NCBI GenBank assembly: GCA_963776345.1
Contig: CAVZMH010000019.1
Coordinates: forward strand, 256,001 to 320,000
Direction: 5' to 3'
DNA: 64,000 nt
From: an uncultured delta proteobacterium
GTDB taxonomy: Bacteria; Myxococcota; Myxococcia; Myxococcales; Myxococcaceae
The notes under the pieces were generated by a model. It was not told where the DNA came from, searched no databases, and saw nothing but the letters and a program-made list of their open reading frames with translations. The position numbers and the translations under genes were made by a program. Positions 46,643-55,742 of the stretch are shown here, piece after piece. Every line of letters begins with the position of its first letter. Positions within the stretch are counted from its first letter, which is position 1.

Positions 46643-47943
46643 GTCTGCCGGTGCGGTGGACGGGCCCGCTGGCCGCGCTCGGCCCGGACGCGCTCCGGGC
46701 CCTGCTCTCGCGCGGCCAGGGCGACTCCGGCGCGCGGGACCTCCGCGCGCAGGTGGCCGGCCTCATCGCCGAGGTGCGGACCCGGGGGGACGGGGCGCTG
46801 CGCGAGCTCGCCCGGAAATACGACGGGGTCTCGCTCGCCTCGATCGAGGTGCCGCGCGACGCGGTCCGTGCCGCCCTGGACCGGCAGCCGCCTGCGCTCC
46901 GGCGCGCCCTGGAGCGCTCGGCCCGGAACGTCGCCCGCGTGCACTCCGCCTTCCGTCCGCAGGCGAGCCGGATCGAGGTGGAGCCCGGCGTCGTGGTGGA
47001 GCGGCGGCCGGATCCGCTGACCCGGGTCGGGGTCTACGCTCCCGGTGGCCGGGCAGCGTACCCCAGCAGCGTGCTGATGGGCGCGGTCCCGGCGCGGGTG
47101 GCCGGGGTGCGCGAGGTGGTCCTCTGCTCTCCGCCGGGGCCGAACGGGCTCCCCTCCGACCCGGTGCTCGCCGCGGCGGCGGTGGCCGAGGTGGACCGGG
47201 TGTTCGCCCTCGGCGGCGCGGGCGCCATCGCCGCGCTGGCCTACGGCACCGAGTCGGTCCCACCGGTGGACCGCATCGTCGGGCCGGGAAACGCCTGGGT
47301 CGCCGAGGCCAAGCTGCAAGTCTCGTCGCGCGTCCCCATCGACTCGCCGGCGGGTCCGTCCGAGCTCCTGGTCCTGCTCGACGCCACCTCCGACGTCGAG
47401 GCGGTGGCGCGCGAGCTGCTCGCCCAGGCCGAGCACGACCCGGAGGCGGCGGTGGTGGCGGTGGCGCTCGACGAGCGGACCGGGCAGCGGCTGCTCGAGC
47501 GGCTCGGGGCCCTCGTTCCCACCGCGGAGCGGACGGCCATCATCGGTCAGGCGCTGTCCAGCCGGGGGGCGGTGGTGGTGGCGAGCACCCTGGACGAGGC
47601 GGTCGACTTCGCCGAGCGCTGGGCCCCGGAGCACCTCATGCTCGCGGTCCAGGGCGCGCCCGAGCTCTCCCGCCGCATCCGGAACGCGGGCACCGTCTTC
47701 GTCGGCACCTCGAGCTCGGGCGCCTTCGGCGACTACCTGACCGGCGCCAACCACGTGCTGCCCACCGCCGGCGCGGCGCGGGCCTGGTCCGGGCTGTCCA
47801 CGCTGGACTTCGTGCGCTGGACCACCGTCCAGACCGTCTCCCGCGAGGGCGCGGCCTCGCTCGCTCCGGACACCGACGTCTTCGCCACCGCCGAGGGGCT
47901 GCACGCCCACGCCGCCGCCGCGCGGGCCTGGAGGGCGCCATGA
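46639..47943 (+). CDS. hisD: Histidinol dehydrogenase
   Basis: GVYAPGGRA.YPSS, GPGNAWV, IDSPAGPSE, QAEHD, APEHL and GDY..G.NHVLPT motifs. Confidence 0.96.
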   Translation: MSLPVRWTGPLAALGPDALRALLSRGQGDSGARDLRAQVAGLIAEVRTRGDGALRELARKYDGVSLASIEVPRDAVRAALDRQPPALRRALERSARNVARVHSAFRPQASRIEVEPGVVVERRPDPLTRVGVYAPGGRAAYPSSVLMGAVPARVAGVREVVLCSPPGPNGLPSDPVLAAAAVAEVDRVFALGGAGAIAALAYGTESVPPVDRIVGPGNAWVAEAKLQVSSRVPIDSPAGPSELLVLLDATSDVEAVARELLAQAEHDPEAAVVAVALDERTGQRLLERLGALVPTAERTAIIGQALSSRGAVVVASTLDEAVDFAERWAPEHLMLAVQGAPELSRRIRNAGTVFVGTSSSGAFGDYLTGANHVLPTAGAARAWSGLSTLDFVRWTTVQTVSREGAASLAPDTDVFATAEGLHAHAAAARAWRAP

Positions 47944-48983
47944 GCCCGGCGCGCCCTCGCCCGGTGCTGACCACGCTGCCGCTCTACTCCCCGGACCCGA
48001 GCCCGGTGGAGATCGACCTGAGCGACAACGTGAACATGTGGGGGGTGCCCCCCGCCGCGGAACGGGCGCTCCGGGATCCACTGGCCGCCCACCCGAGCGT
48101 CTATCCGCACTCGGACCCGGTGGAGCTGCGTCAGGCGCTCGCGGCGTACGCGGGGGTGAGCGCGGCGGAGGTCATCACCGGCTGCGGCTCGGACGACGTC
48201 ATCGACGGAGCGCTCCGCGCCTTCGCCGCGCCGGGCGAGAAGGTGGCCTACTCGGCCCCGAGCTTCTCCATGCTGGTGAACTTCACCCGGGTGAACGGCC
48301 TCGAGCCCGCGCCGGTGCCGTTCCGGAACGACGGCGACATCGAGCCGGACGCGCTCCTCGAGCAGCGCGCGGCCATCACCTACATCTGCAGCCCCAACAA
48401 CCCCACCGGGACCGGCGTCTCGCCCGCGGCGATCGAGCGCGTGGTCTCCCGTGCCGAGGGCCTGGTGCTGGTCGATGAGGCGTACGGCGAGTACTCGGGG
48501 CAGACCGCGGTCCCGCTGCTTCCCCGGGCGCCGCAGCTCCTGGTGACCCGGACGCTGTCCAAGGCGTTCGGGCTCGCCGGTCTCCGGGTCGGCTACGGGC
48601 TCGCGGCGCCCGAGGTGGTCCAGGTACTGGAGAAGGTGCGCGGGCCGTACAAGGTGAACGTCCTCGGCGAGCGGGTGGCGCTGGCGGCGCTCCGCGCGGA
48701 CGTGCCGTGGGTCCGCCGCCACGTCGAGGAGGCGCGGGGCCTCCGGGACCGGCTCCGGAGGGAGCTCGAGCGGCTGGGCCTCGCTCCGCTGCCCTCGGCG
48801 GCGAACTTCCTCTGCGTGCCGGTGCCCGACTCCGCCGCGGTGGGCAAGGCGCTGCTCGCCCGCGGCATCAAGGTGCGCGTCCTGCGGTCGCTCCCCGGCA
48901 TCGGCGACGCCTTCCGCGTGGGGGTGGGGCCGTGGGAGCAGATGGAGCGACTGGTCTCCGCCCTGCGCGAGGTGCTCCGGTGA
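47940..48983 (+). CDS. hisC: Histidinol-phosphate aminotransferase
   Basis: GSDD, CSPNNPTG, VDEAY.E and RTLSKAFGLAGLRVG motifs. Confidence 0.95.
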   Translation: MSPARPRPVLTTLPLYSPDPSPVEIDLSDNVNMWGVPPAAERALRDPLAAHPSVYPHSDPVELRQALAAYAGVSAAEVITGCGSDDVIDGALRAFAAPGEKVAYSAPSFSMLVNFTRVNGLEPAPVPFRNDGDIEPDALLEQRAAITYICSPNNPTGTGVSPAAIERVVSRAEGLVLVDEAYGEYSGQTAVPLLPRAPQLLVTRTLSKAFGLAGLRVGYGLAAPEVVQVLEKVRGPYKVNVLGERVALAALRADVPWVRRHVEEARGLRDRLRRELERLGLAPLPSAANFLCVPVPDSAAVGKALLARGIKVRVLRSLPGIGDAFRVGVGPWEQMERLVSALREVLR

Positions 48984-49573
48984 GGGTGGCGGTCCTCGAC
49001 ACCCGGGTGGGGAACGTCCACTCGCTGCTCAAGGCCCTGGCGGCGGCGGGCGGGGAGCCGCGCCTCGAGTCGCGCCCCGAGGCCTGTCTGGACGCCCCGA
49101 TGCTGGTCCTCCCCGGCGTGGGCGCGTTCCCGGCGGCGAGCGGGCTCCTGGCCGAGGCGCGCGAGGCGGTCCGGAAGCGGCTCCTCGGCGGTGCGCCCTG
49201 CCTCGGCATCTGCCTCGGGATGCAGCTCCTCCTGGACGAGAGCGAGGAGGGCCCCGGGGCCGGGCTGGGCGTCATCCCCGGCCGGGTGGTCCGGCTGGAG
49301 GCGCCCCGGGTCCCTCACATGGGATGGAACCAGGTCGAGGGGGAGGACCCCCTCCTGACCCGTTCCGGGCTGCGGACGGCCTACTACGCCCACAGCTTCG
49401 TCTGCCGCCCGGTGAATCCGGACGTCATCCAGGCAACGACGGAGCACGCGGGCGTCAGCTTTCCGGCGATGATTCGGTCCGGGGGCATGGTGGGCGTGCA
49501 GTTCCACCCCGAGAAGAGCGGCGCACCGGGCCTGGCGTTCCTGGCCGCGGTGCTCGAGGAGGTCGGCACATGA
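48980..49573 (+). CDS. hisH: Imidazole glycerol phosphate synthase subunit HisH
   Basis: GNVHS, LPGVGAF, GICLGMQ, PHMGWN and QFHPEKSG motifs. Confidence 0.96.
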   Translation: MRVAVLDTRVGNVHSLLKALAAAGGEPRLESRPEACLDAPMLVLPGVGAFPAASGLLAEAREAVRKRLLGGAPCLGICLGMQLLLDESEEGPGAGLGVIPGRVVRLEAPRVPHMGWNQVEGEDPLLTRSGLRTAYYAHSFVCRPVNPDVIQATTEHAGVSFPAMIRSGGMVGVQFHPEKSGAPGLAFLAAVLEEVGT

Positions 49574-50280
49574 GGGTCTTTCCGGCGATCGATCTGCGGG
49601 GCGGGGCCTGCGTCCAGTGGGTCGGTGGCGAACCCGACGCGGAGAAGATCCGCCTCCCCGACCCGGTGGAGGTGGCGCACCGCTGGAAGGCAGCGGGCTT
49701 CCGGGCGCTGCACCTCGTCGACCTCGACGCCGCCCTCGGGACCGGCTCGAACGCCGCGGTGATCGCCGCCATCGTCAAGGACTCGGGCCTGGAGGCCGAG
49801 GTGGGCGGCGGCGTGCGGGACGCCGATGCGATCCAGGGGCTGCTCGACCTGGGCGCCAGCCGGGTCATCGTGGGCACGCGCGCGCTGGAGGACCCCCGCT
49901 GGCTCGAGGAGATGGCCTTCAAGTTCCCCGGGAAGCTGGTGCTCGCCGCCGACACGCGCGAGCGCCAGGTGGTCACCCGGGGCTGGACACGGACCCTCAC
50001 CCAGGACGTGGGGGCGCTGATCGCCGGAGTGGACCCGCTGCCGCTGGCCGCAATTCTGGTGACCGCGGTGCACGTCGAGGGCCGGGAGGGGGGCACGGAC
50101 CTGGCCCTGATGTCCGAGCTGGTGGAGACCACCAGCCATCCCCTCCAGGCCTCCGGGGGCATCGCCTCCATGGACGAGCTGCGCCAGCTGGCCAGCGCCG
50201 GCGTGGCCGGGGCCATCCTGGGCATGGCGCTCTACACCGGGAAGATCGACGCCGCCGCCGCCGCGAAAGAGTTCCCGTGA
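49570..50280 (+). CDS. hisA: ProFAR isomerase HisA
   Basis: PAIDLRGG.CV, HLVDLDAA, VGGGVR and ASGGI motifs. Confidence 0.93.
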   Translation: MRVFPAIDLRGGACVQWVGGEPDAEKIRLPDPVEVAHRWKAAGFRALHLVDLDAALGTGSNAAVIAAIVKDSGLEAEVGGGVRDADAIQGLLDLGASRVIVGTRALEDPRWLEEMAFKFPGKLVLAADTRERQVVTRGWTRTLTQDVGALIAGVDPLPLAAILVTAVHVEGREGGTDLALMSELVETTSHPLQASGGIASMDELRQLASAGVAGAILGMALYTGKIDAAAAAKEFP

Positions 50281-50819
50281 GCGTCCGGCTGGTGCGAGAG
50301 ACGAAGGAGAGCCGGGTCGAGGTGGAGATCGGCCCGGGGACGGATCCGGCCCGCATCGAGACCGGCAAGCCGTTCTTCGACCACATGCTGGCGACGTTCG
50401 GACGCTACGCGGGGTTGAGCCTCGGCGTGAAGGCGCGCGGCGACCTGACCCATCACCTGATGGAGGACGTGGCCATCACCGTGGGGCTCGCCTTCCGGAA
50501 GATGGTCCCCGCGACGGCGGCGCGCTTCGGCGAGCGCACCGTGCCGATGGACGACGCGCTGGTGCAGGCAGCGGTGGACGTGGGCGGGCGGGCCTACTAC
50601 CGGGGCCGGCTCCCCAACGCGCTGTACGAGCACTGGATGCGGAGCTTCGCCGAGAACGCCGGGGCCACCGTGCACCTGCGCGTCATCCGCGGGCGCAACC
50701 GCCACCACGTCGTCGAGTGCGCGTTCAAGGCGCTGGGCCTGGCGCTGCGTGACGCGCTCGCCGAGGGCGGGACGGTGTTCAGCCTCAAGGGGTCGGTGAA
50801 GGTGACGGAGGGCGGCTGA
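50277..50819 (+). CDS. hisB: Imidazoleglycerol-phosphate dehydratase
   Basis: RETKE, FFDHML, HHLMED, PMDD and N.HH..E..FKA motifs; monofunctional. Confidence 0.95.
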   Translation: MSVRLVRETKESRVEVEIGPGTDPARIETGKPFFDHMLATFGRYAGLSLGVKARGDLTHHLMEDVAITVGLAFRKMVPATAARFGERTVPMDDALVQAAVDVGGRAYYRGRLPNALYEHWMRSFAENAGATVHLRVIRGRNRHHVVECAFKALGLALRDALAEGGTVFSLKGSVKVTEGG

Positions 50820-51580
50820 TGCTGGCTCCGCGCATCGTCGCCTGCCTGGACGTGACCGGCGGCCGGGTGGTGAAGGGGACGAAGTTCGTGAACCTCCGCG
50901 ACCAGGGCGACCCGGTGGAGCTCGCCGAGGCCTACGGCCGGGACGGGGCGGACGAGGTGACCTTCCTGGACATCTCGGCGACCCCCGAGCAGCGCGCGCC
51001 GCTCCTGGACGTCGTCCGGCGGACGGCGGAGCGTCTCTTCGTCCCGCTCACCGTGGGCGGTGGGATGCGCTCGGTCGAGGACGTGGAGCGAGCGCTGCGG
51101 GCAGGGGCGGACAAGGTGGCGCTCAACTCCGCGCCGGTGCGCGCCCCCGAGCTGTTCTCGGAGTGCGCCCGGCGCTTCGGGGCGCAGTGCGTGGTGGCGA
51201 GCATCGACGCCCGGCGCTCGGGCGACCGCTGGCAGGTGGTGGTCGGCGGCGGCCGGACCGCGGTGGACCTGGACGCGATCGAGTGGGCGCGCGAGGCCGA
51301 GCGCCGCGGGGCGGGGGAGATCCTCCTGACCAGCATCGATCGCGACGGGGTCCGGACCGGTTACGACCTCGCCCTGACCCGGGCGGTGGCGAGCGCGGTG
51401 CGGGTGCCGGTGGTGGCCTCCGGTGGGGCAGGGGAGGCCGAGCACCTGCGCGCCGTGCTCCAGGACGCGGGCGCCGACGCGGCGCTGGTGGCGGGGATTC
51501 TCCATGACGGCACGACCACGGTCCGGGCGCTGAAGAAGGCGCTCTCGGCGGCCGGGGTTCCGGTGCGCGGCGAGGCGTGA
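50819..51580 (+). CDS. hisF: Imidazole glycerol phosphate synthase subunit HisF
   Basis: RIVACLDV..GRVVKG, GADE, PLTVGGG, GAGEILLTSIDRDG and ASGGAG motifs. Confidence 0.97.
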   Translation: MLAPRIVACLDVTGGRVVKGTKFVNLRDQGDPVELAEAYGRDGADEVTFLDISATPEQRAPLLDVVRRTAERLFVPLTVGGGMRSVEDVERALRAGADKVALNSAPVRAPELFSECARRFGAQCVVASIDARRSGDRWQVVVGGGRTAVDLDAIEWAREAERRGAGEILLTSIDRDGVRTGYDLALTRAVASAVRVPVVASGGAGEAEHLRAVLQDAGADAALVAGILHDGTTTVRALKKALSAAGVPVRGEA

Positions 51581-52351
51581 TGAGCGAGGCACGGGCGTGG
51601 ATGGAGGCGGCGGAGGCGGTGGCCCGGGTGGCGGGGGAGGTCGCGCTGCGCCACTACCACCGCGGGGTCACGGTGGAGACCAAGGGAGACGGGACGCCGG
51701 TCTCGGTGGCGGATCGCGAGGCGGAGGAGGCCGCGCGGCGCTGGCTGGAGAAGCACTGCCCCCAGGACGGAATCCTCGGCGAGGAGCTCGGGACCACGCG
51801 GCCCGAGGCGCACCGGAGGTGGATCCTCGACCCGATCGACGGGACGAAGACCTTCGTCCGGCGGGTGCCGCTCTGGGGGACGCTGGTGGCGCTGGCCGAG
51901 GGCGAGAAGGTCCTCGCCGGCGCGGCGTTCTTCCCGGCGGTGGACGAGCTGGTGGTGGCGGCACAGGGCGGGGGGTGTCTCTGGAACGGGCGTCCGACGC
52001 GGGTGTCGAGCGTGTCGAAGCTGTCCGAGGCGCGTGGTGCTGATGACGGATGCGCGGATGGGGACGCCCGAGCAGGTCCGCGCCCTCGACGGCCTCTGTT
52101 CCCGCGCGGGCCTGGTCCGGACCTGGGGCGATTGCTACGGGTACCTGCTCGTCGCGACAGGTCGGGCGGAGGCGATGGCCGACTCGGTGATGGCGCCGTG
52201 GGACGCGGCCGCGCTCCAGCCGATCATCGAGGAGGCGGGCGGCGCGTTCAGCGACTGGAGCGGACGGCGCACGGCCTTCGGCGGGAACGCGGTGGCGAGC
52301 AATGCCGCGCTCGCGGCCGAGGTGCGCGCGGCGCTCGGAGCGCAGCGATGA
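51577..52351 (+). CDS. hisN: Histidinol-phosphatase HisN (IMPase family); net +1 frameshift near 52033
   Basis: K.D.TPV..AD, GEE and WILDPIDGT in the first frame. WGDCYGY and WDAAA...EEAGG in frame 52034..52351. Confidence 0.88.
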
Positions 52352-52932
52352 CGCTCGACTTCGACAAGGGTGGAGGCCGGGTCACCGTCGTCACCCGCGA
52401 CGCGCGGACCGGCGCGGTGCTGATGGTGGCCCACGCCGACCGCGAGGCGATCGCCCGGACCGAGGCCACCGGAGAGATGCACTACACCTCGCGGACCCGC
52501 GGGCTGTGGCGGAAGGGCGAGACCAGCGGGAACGTGCAGAAGGTGGTGCGGCTGACGCCGGACTGCGACTCGGACGCGGTGCTCGCCGACGTGGTGCCGG
52601 CGGGGCCGGCCTGTCACGACGGGACGGTCTCCTGCTTCCGCGAGCCCGGCGAGGCGTCGGGCGCGTTCGCCCGCCTCGACGCCGTGGTGCGCGCTCGGTC
52701 CGAGTCGAGCGAGGGCGAGAGCTACACCCGGAAGCTGCTCGGGGACCGGAACCTCCGGCTGAAGAAGCTCGGCGAGGAGATGGCGGAGCTGGTGACCGCC
52801 TGCGCCGACGGCGACCGCGAGCGCGCCGCCGAGGAGGCCGCGGACGTCGTGTACCACCTGACGGTGGCGCTCCGGGCGCTCGGGGTGGGGCTCGGCGAGG
52901 TCGCCGCGGCGCTCGACCGGCGCGCGCGCTGA
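52348..52932 (+). CDS. hisIE: Bifunctional PR-AMP cyclohydrolase/PR-ATP pyrophosphatase
   Basis: ATG at 52348. SRTR.LW.KGETSG, DCDSD, ACH.G..SCF, SYT..L, KKLGEE and E.AD..YH motifs. Confidence 0.95.
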   Translation: MTLDFDKGGGRVTVVTRDARTGAVLMVAHADREAIARTEATGEMHYTSRTRGLWRKGETSGNVQKVVRLTPDCDSDAVLADVVPAGPACHDGTVSCFREPGEASGAFARLDAVVRARSESSEGESYTRKLLGDRNLRLKKLGEEMAELVTACADGDRERAAEEAADVVYHLTVALRALGVGLGEVAAALDRRAR

Positions 52933-53089
52933 TCCACCCCCGGACCACGCGGAGGGCAGAGTACGCGGGGCGGGCAAGTGGTCGAGGCCGCTGGCCGCAG
53001 GACGACCGGCCCGCGCGAGCCTCGAGCGCTCCGTGTTCGACGGAAGTCCCGGACGACGGGCCGTCACTGTTGGGTTCTCGGACGCGGTT

Positions 53090-53385
53090 CGCGAAACAGT
53101 TTCGGACGCTCAGGCCGGGGAGGGGTCGCGAGGCGCGGCCGAGCGTCTGATTCGGTTTCGCGGAGCTCGCCCGCGAAACACTTTCAACCGCAACGGAGTC
53201 CACGCTCGCTCGCGGATGAAGGGTCGCATCCGGCGCAGCGCGTCCCGCCCTCGAGCGCTCGCCGCCGGCATCAGGTTCCAGCCTGGAGGAATTGATTCCC
53301 ACGCGTGCTTCAGGAAACCGTTTCGGACGCTCAAGAGGACCTTGCGACCGCTTCCCAGGGCGACCGTCCCAAAATGCTTCGGGAA
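53090..53385. repeat. Cluster of direct and inverted GAAACnGTTTCGGACGCTC repeats
   Basis: GAAACAGTTTCGGACGCTCA (53093-53112) and GAAACCGTTTCGGACGCTCA (53314-53333) are 19/20 identical. An inverted copy lies at 53141-53162 (18/22), with degenerate copies near 53172 and 53365. Confidence 0.65.
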
Positions 53386-53557
53386 CGCACCTCCCGAAAC
53401 CCGGCAGTGCACTGCCTCACGTCATGCCCGCTTGACGCTCCGGGCCCGTTCGCTCGGACCGGGCAGGAAGAGCGGGCCAGAAGACCCAGGAATATGTGCC
53501 TTGCATGCATACAATTCTCGAAATCGTGTGCATGCAGAGCACCTATCTCGGCGCTGG

Positions 53558-53972
53558 ATGCTCATGAGCGCGGTCGCGGTTGTCCTGGCCGGGTGCCGCG
53601 GATCGACCGAGGTGAGGCCGAGCACGGACCGGTCACCGTTCTGCACCAGCCGCTGCGAAGAGCGAACGCCCGCGCGCGCCCGGTGAAACCAATCCCCGAG
53701 CCGTGGTCGGCAAGATCCTCGGGATCGAGCCGGGTGAGAGGGTCGAGATCGAGGTCTTGAACGGGAGCGTCGACCCGAGCCTGCCGAGCCCGATCTCGAT
53801 CGACGACGTCGCTTTCGGCTCGCCCACTGCGCTACGGCCCAGCGGACTCTTTGCCGTCTACATGGGCGCCACGCCGGTCGGCATGATCCGCCTCGTTCCG
53901 GAGCGCCATCGCCCGGTCGAGATCGTCTCCGGCGCCGATGAGCTGTGCGTGCTCGTCGAGCTCCGGAAGTGA
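53558..53972 (+). CDS. Hypothetical lipoprotein, probably split by a +1 frameshift near 53670
   Basis: Signal with lipobox LAGC (53558..53686). The +1 frame is open from 53616 to 53972 and reads as globular protein. Confidence 0.4.
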
Positions 53973-53987
53973 ACGCCGCCCGTTCGC

Positions 53988-54329
53988 TCAGCGCCTCGGG
54001 CCGACGAAGATCGGCTCGGCCAGCACCGACCGGGTGAGCCGGGTCACCTTCCCGTACCGGGCGGTGTGGTCGTCCCGGAGCCGGACGGCCTCCGCCGAGC
54101 TCCGGTACGCCTCGATGGCCGCCACGCTCTCCGCCCGGTAGTGCACCACGTACCGCACCCAGCCGTCGGCGGCGCGCTCCTGGTCCTTCCACCGCGTCGC
54201 GCCCAGGAAGCCCGGCTGCCGCAGCACGTCGGTCAGGTGATCGGCCGCGTGCCAGCGCGCCCAGGCCTCCTCGACCGCCGGCGCCACCTCGATGGTCACC
54301 CGGTACACCGCGTTGGCCCGGCCGCTCAC
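53988..54329 (-). CDS. DUF4286 family protein
   Basis: YRVTIEV...EEAW..W....H..DVL..PGF pattern; coupled to the CBS stop codon. Confidence 0.75.
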   Translation of the reverse strand: MSGRANAVYRVTIEVAPAVEEAWARWHAADHLTDVLRQPGFLGATRWKDQERAADGWVRYVVHYRAESVAAIEAYRSSAEAVRLRDDHTARYGKVTRLTRSVLAEPIFVGPRR

Positions 54330-55693
54330 ATGCGCTCCGCGAGGAACTCGATCAGGTCGATCTTGGTCACGATGGCCACCACCTGCTCGTGCTCCTTGAC
54401 CACCGCGACGTTGTCCTGGGCGAAGACCTCTCGCAGGCGGCTCAGCGTCGCCTCGGGGCTCACCACACCCTGGAGCGGGGCGATCAGCGAATCGATCACG
54501 TCGTGGAACCCCTGCTTCTTGGAGACCAGCGCGTTCAGGAGGTCGTACTCGTGGATCATCCCCACGGTGCCGCCGTGCGCGTCACGCACCGGCATCTGGC
54601 TGAAGCCGTGCTTGCGCATCTGCTCGACGACCGCGTCGATGCGCTGTCCCTTCTGCACGAAGAGGACGTGCTGCTTCCGCGAGCCGATGAGGTCCTTCAC
54701 CCGGCCCGGGGACTTCTCGTCCACCGCGAAGCCGTTGTCCTTCATCCACTCGTCGTTGAAGAACTTGGTGATGTAGTTGTTGCCGGTGTCGGTGAGCACC
54801 ACGACCACGACCTTGCCCTTGCCCAGCTCGCGCGCGATCTCGACCGCGACGTGCACCGTGGCGCCCGAGCTGCCGCCGCCGAAGAGGCCCTCCTCCCGGG
54901 CCAGCCGTCGCGCGGCGTTGAAGCACTGCTGGTCGTCGACCTGGCGGATCTCGTCGATCACCGAGAAGTCGAGCGCCTTGCACAGCATGTCCTCGCCGAT
55001 GCCCTCCACCTTGTAGACGTGCGGCTCCGGCAGCTTCCCGGTCTGGAAGTAGCCCTGGTACACGCTGCCCACCGGGTCCACGCCCACGTTCCGGATGGCG
55101 GGGTTCTTCTCCTTCAGGAACTTGCCCACGCCGGTCATCGTCCCCCCCGTCCCGAGCCCGGTGACGAAGACGTCGAGCCGGCCCTCGAGCTGCTCCCACA
55201 GCTCGGGCGCGGTGGTGAGGTAGTGGGCCTCGCCGTTGTCGGGGTTGTGGTACTGGTTCAGGTAGAAGCTGCCGGGCGTCTCGCGGGCGATGCGCTTCGC
55301 CGTCTCGTAGTAGCTCTGCGGCGAGTCGGCGGGCACGTTGGTCGGCGTCACCACCACCTGCGCGCCCAGCGCCTTCAGCCGGTTGACCTTCTCCGCCGAC
55401 ATCTTGTCCGGCATGGTGAAAACGCAGCGGTAGCCCTTCACCGCCGCGGCCAGCGCCACGCCCATCCCGGTGTTGCCCGAGGTGTTCTCCACGATGGTGC
55501 CGCCGGGCTTCAGCTTCCCCTCACGTTCGGCCTTCTCGATGATGTGCAGGGCCATCCGGTCCTTGATCGACCCGCCCGGGTTCATGAACTCGCACTTGGC
55601 GTAGACGGTGGCGTCGTTCGGGCCGACCAGCTTGTTGAGCCGGACCAGCGGGGTGTGGCCGATGGCCGAGAGGATGGTGGAGTGCACGTTCAT
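54326..55693 (-). CDS. Cystathionine beta-synthase (PLP domain plus CBS pair)
   Basis: IGHTPLV, KCEFMNPGGSIKDR, TSGNTG, GTGGT and EGIG motifs. C-terminal CBS domains (GFSQMPV, IVTKIDL). Confidence 0.92.
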   Translation of the reverse strand: MNVHSTILSAIGHTPLVRLNKLVGPNDATVYAKCEFMNPGGSIKDRMALHIIEKAEREGKLKPGGTIVENTSGNTGMGVALAAAVKGYRCVFTMPDKMSAEKVNRLKALGAQVVVTPTNVPADSPQSYYETAKRIARETPGSFYLNQYHNPDNGEAHYLTTAPELWEQLEGRLDVFVTGLGTGGTMTGVGKFLKEKNPAIRNVGVDPVGSVYQGYFQTGKLPEPHVYKVEGIGEDMLCKALDFSVIDEIRQVDDQQCFNAARRLAREEGLFGGGSSGATVHVAVEIARELGKGKVVVVVLTDTGNNYITKFFNDEWMKDNGFAVDEKSPGRVKDLIGSRKQHVLFVQKGQRIDAVVEQMRKHGFSQMPVRDAHGGTVGMIHEYDLLNALVSKKQGFHDVIDSLIAPLQGVVSPEATLSRLREVFAQDNVAVVKEHEQVVAIVTKIDLIEFLAERM

Positions 55694-55742
55694 GGCGCTC
55701 CCGCTCATAGCACCAGCGGCCGTCAGCGCGCCCTGTCCGGAT

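Noticed and set aside
51577..52932. HisN-HisIE fusion protein (451-aa ORF in the track)
   Set aside because: This is an artefact of the hisN frameshift. The true HisN C-terminus is in frame 52034..52351, and hisIE has its own ATG at 52348.
53093..53333. CRISPR array suggested by GAAAC/GTTTC-containing repeats
   Set aside because: Only two direct copies, 221 nt apart, with interleaved inverted copies. There is no 60-75 nt period and no cas genes.
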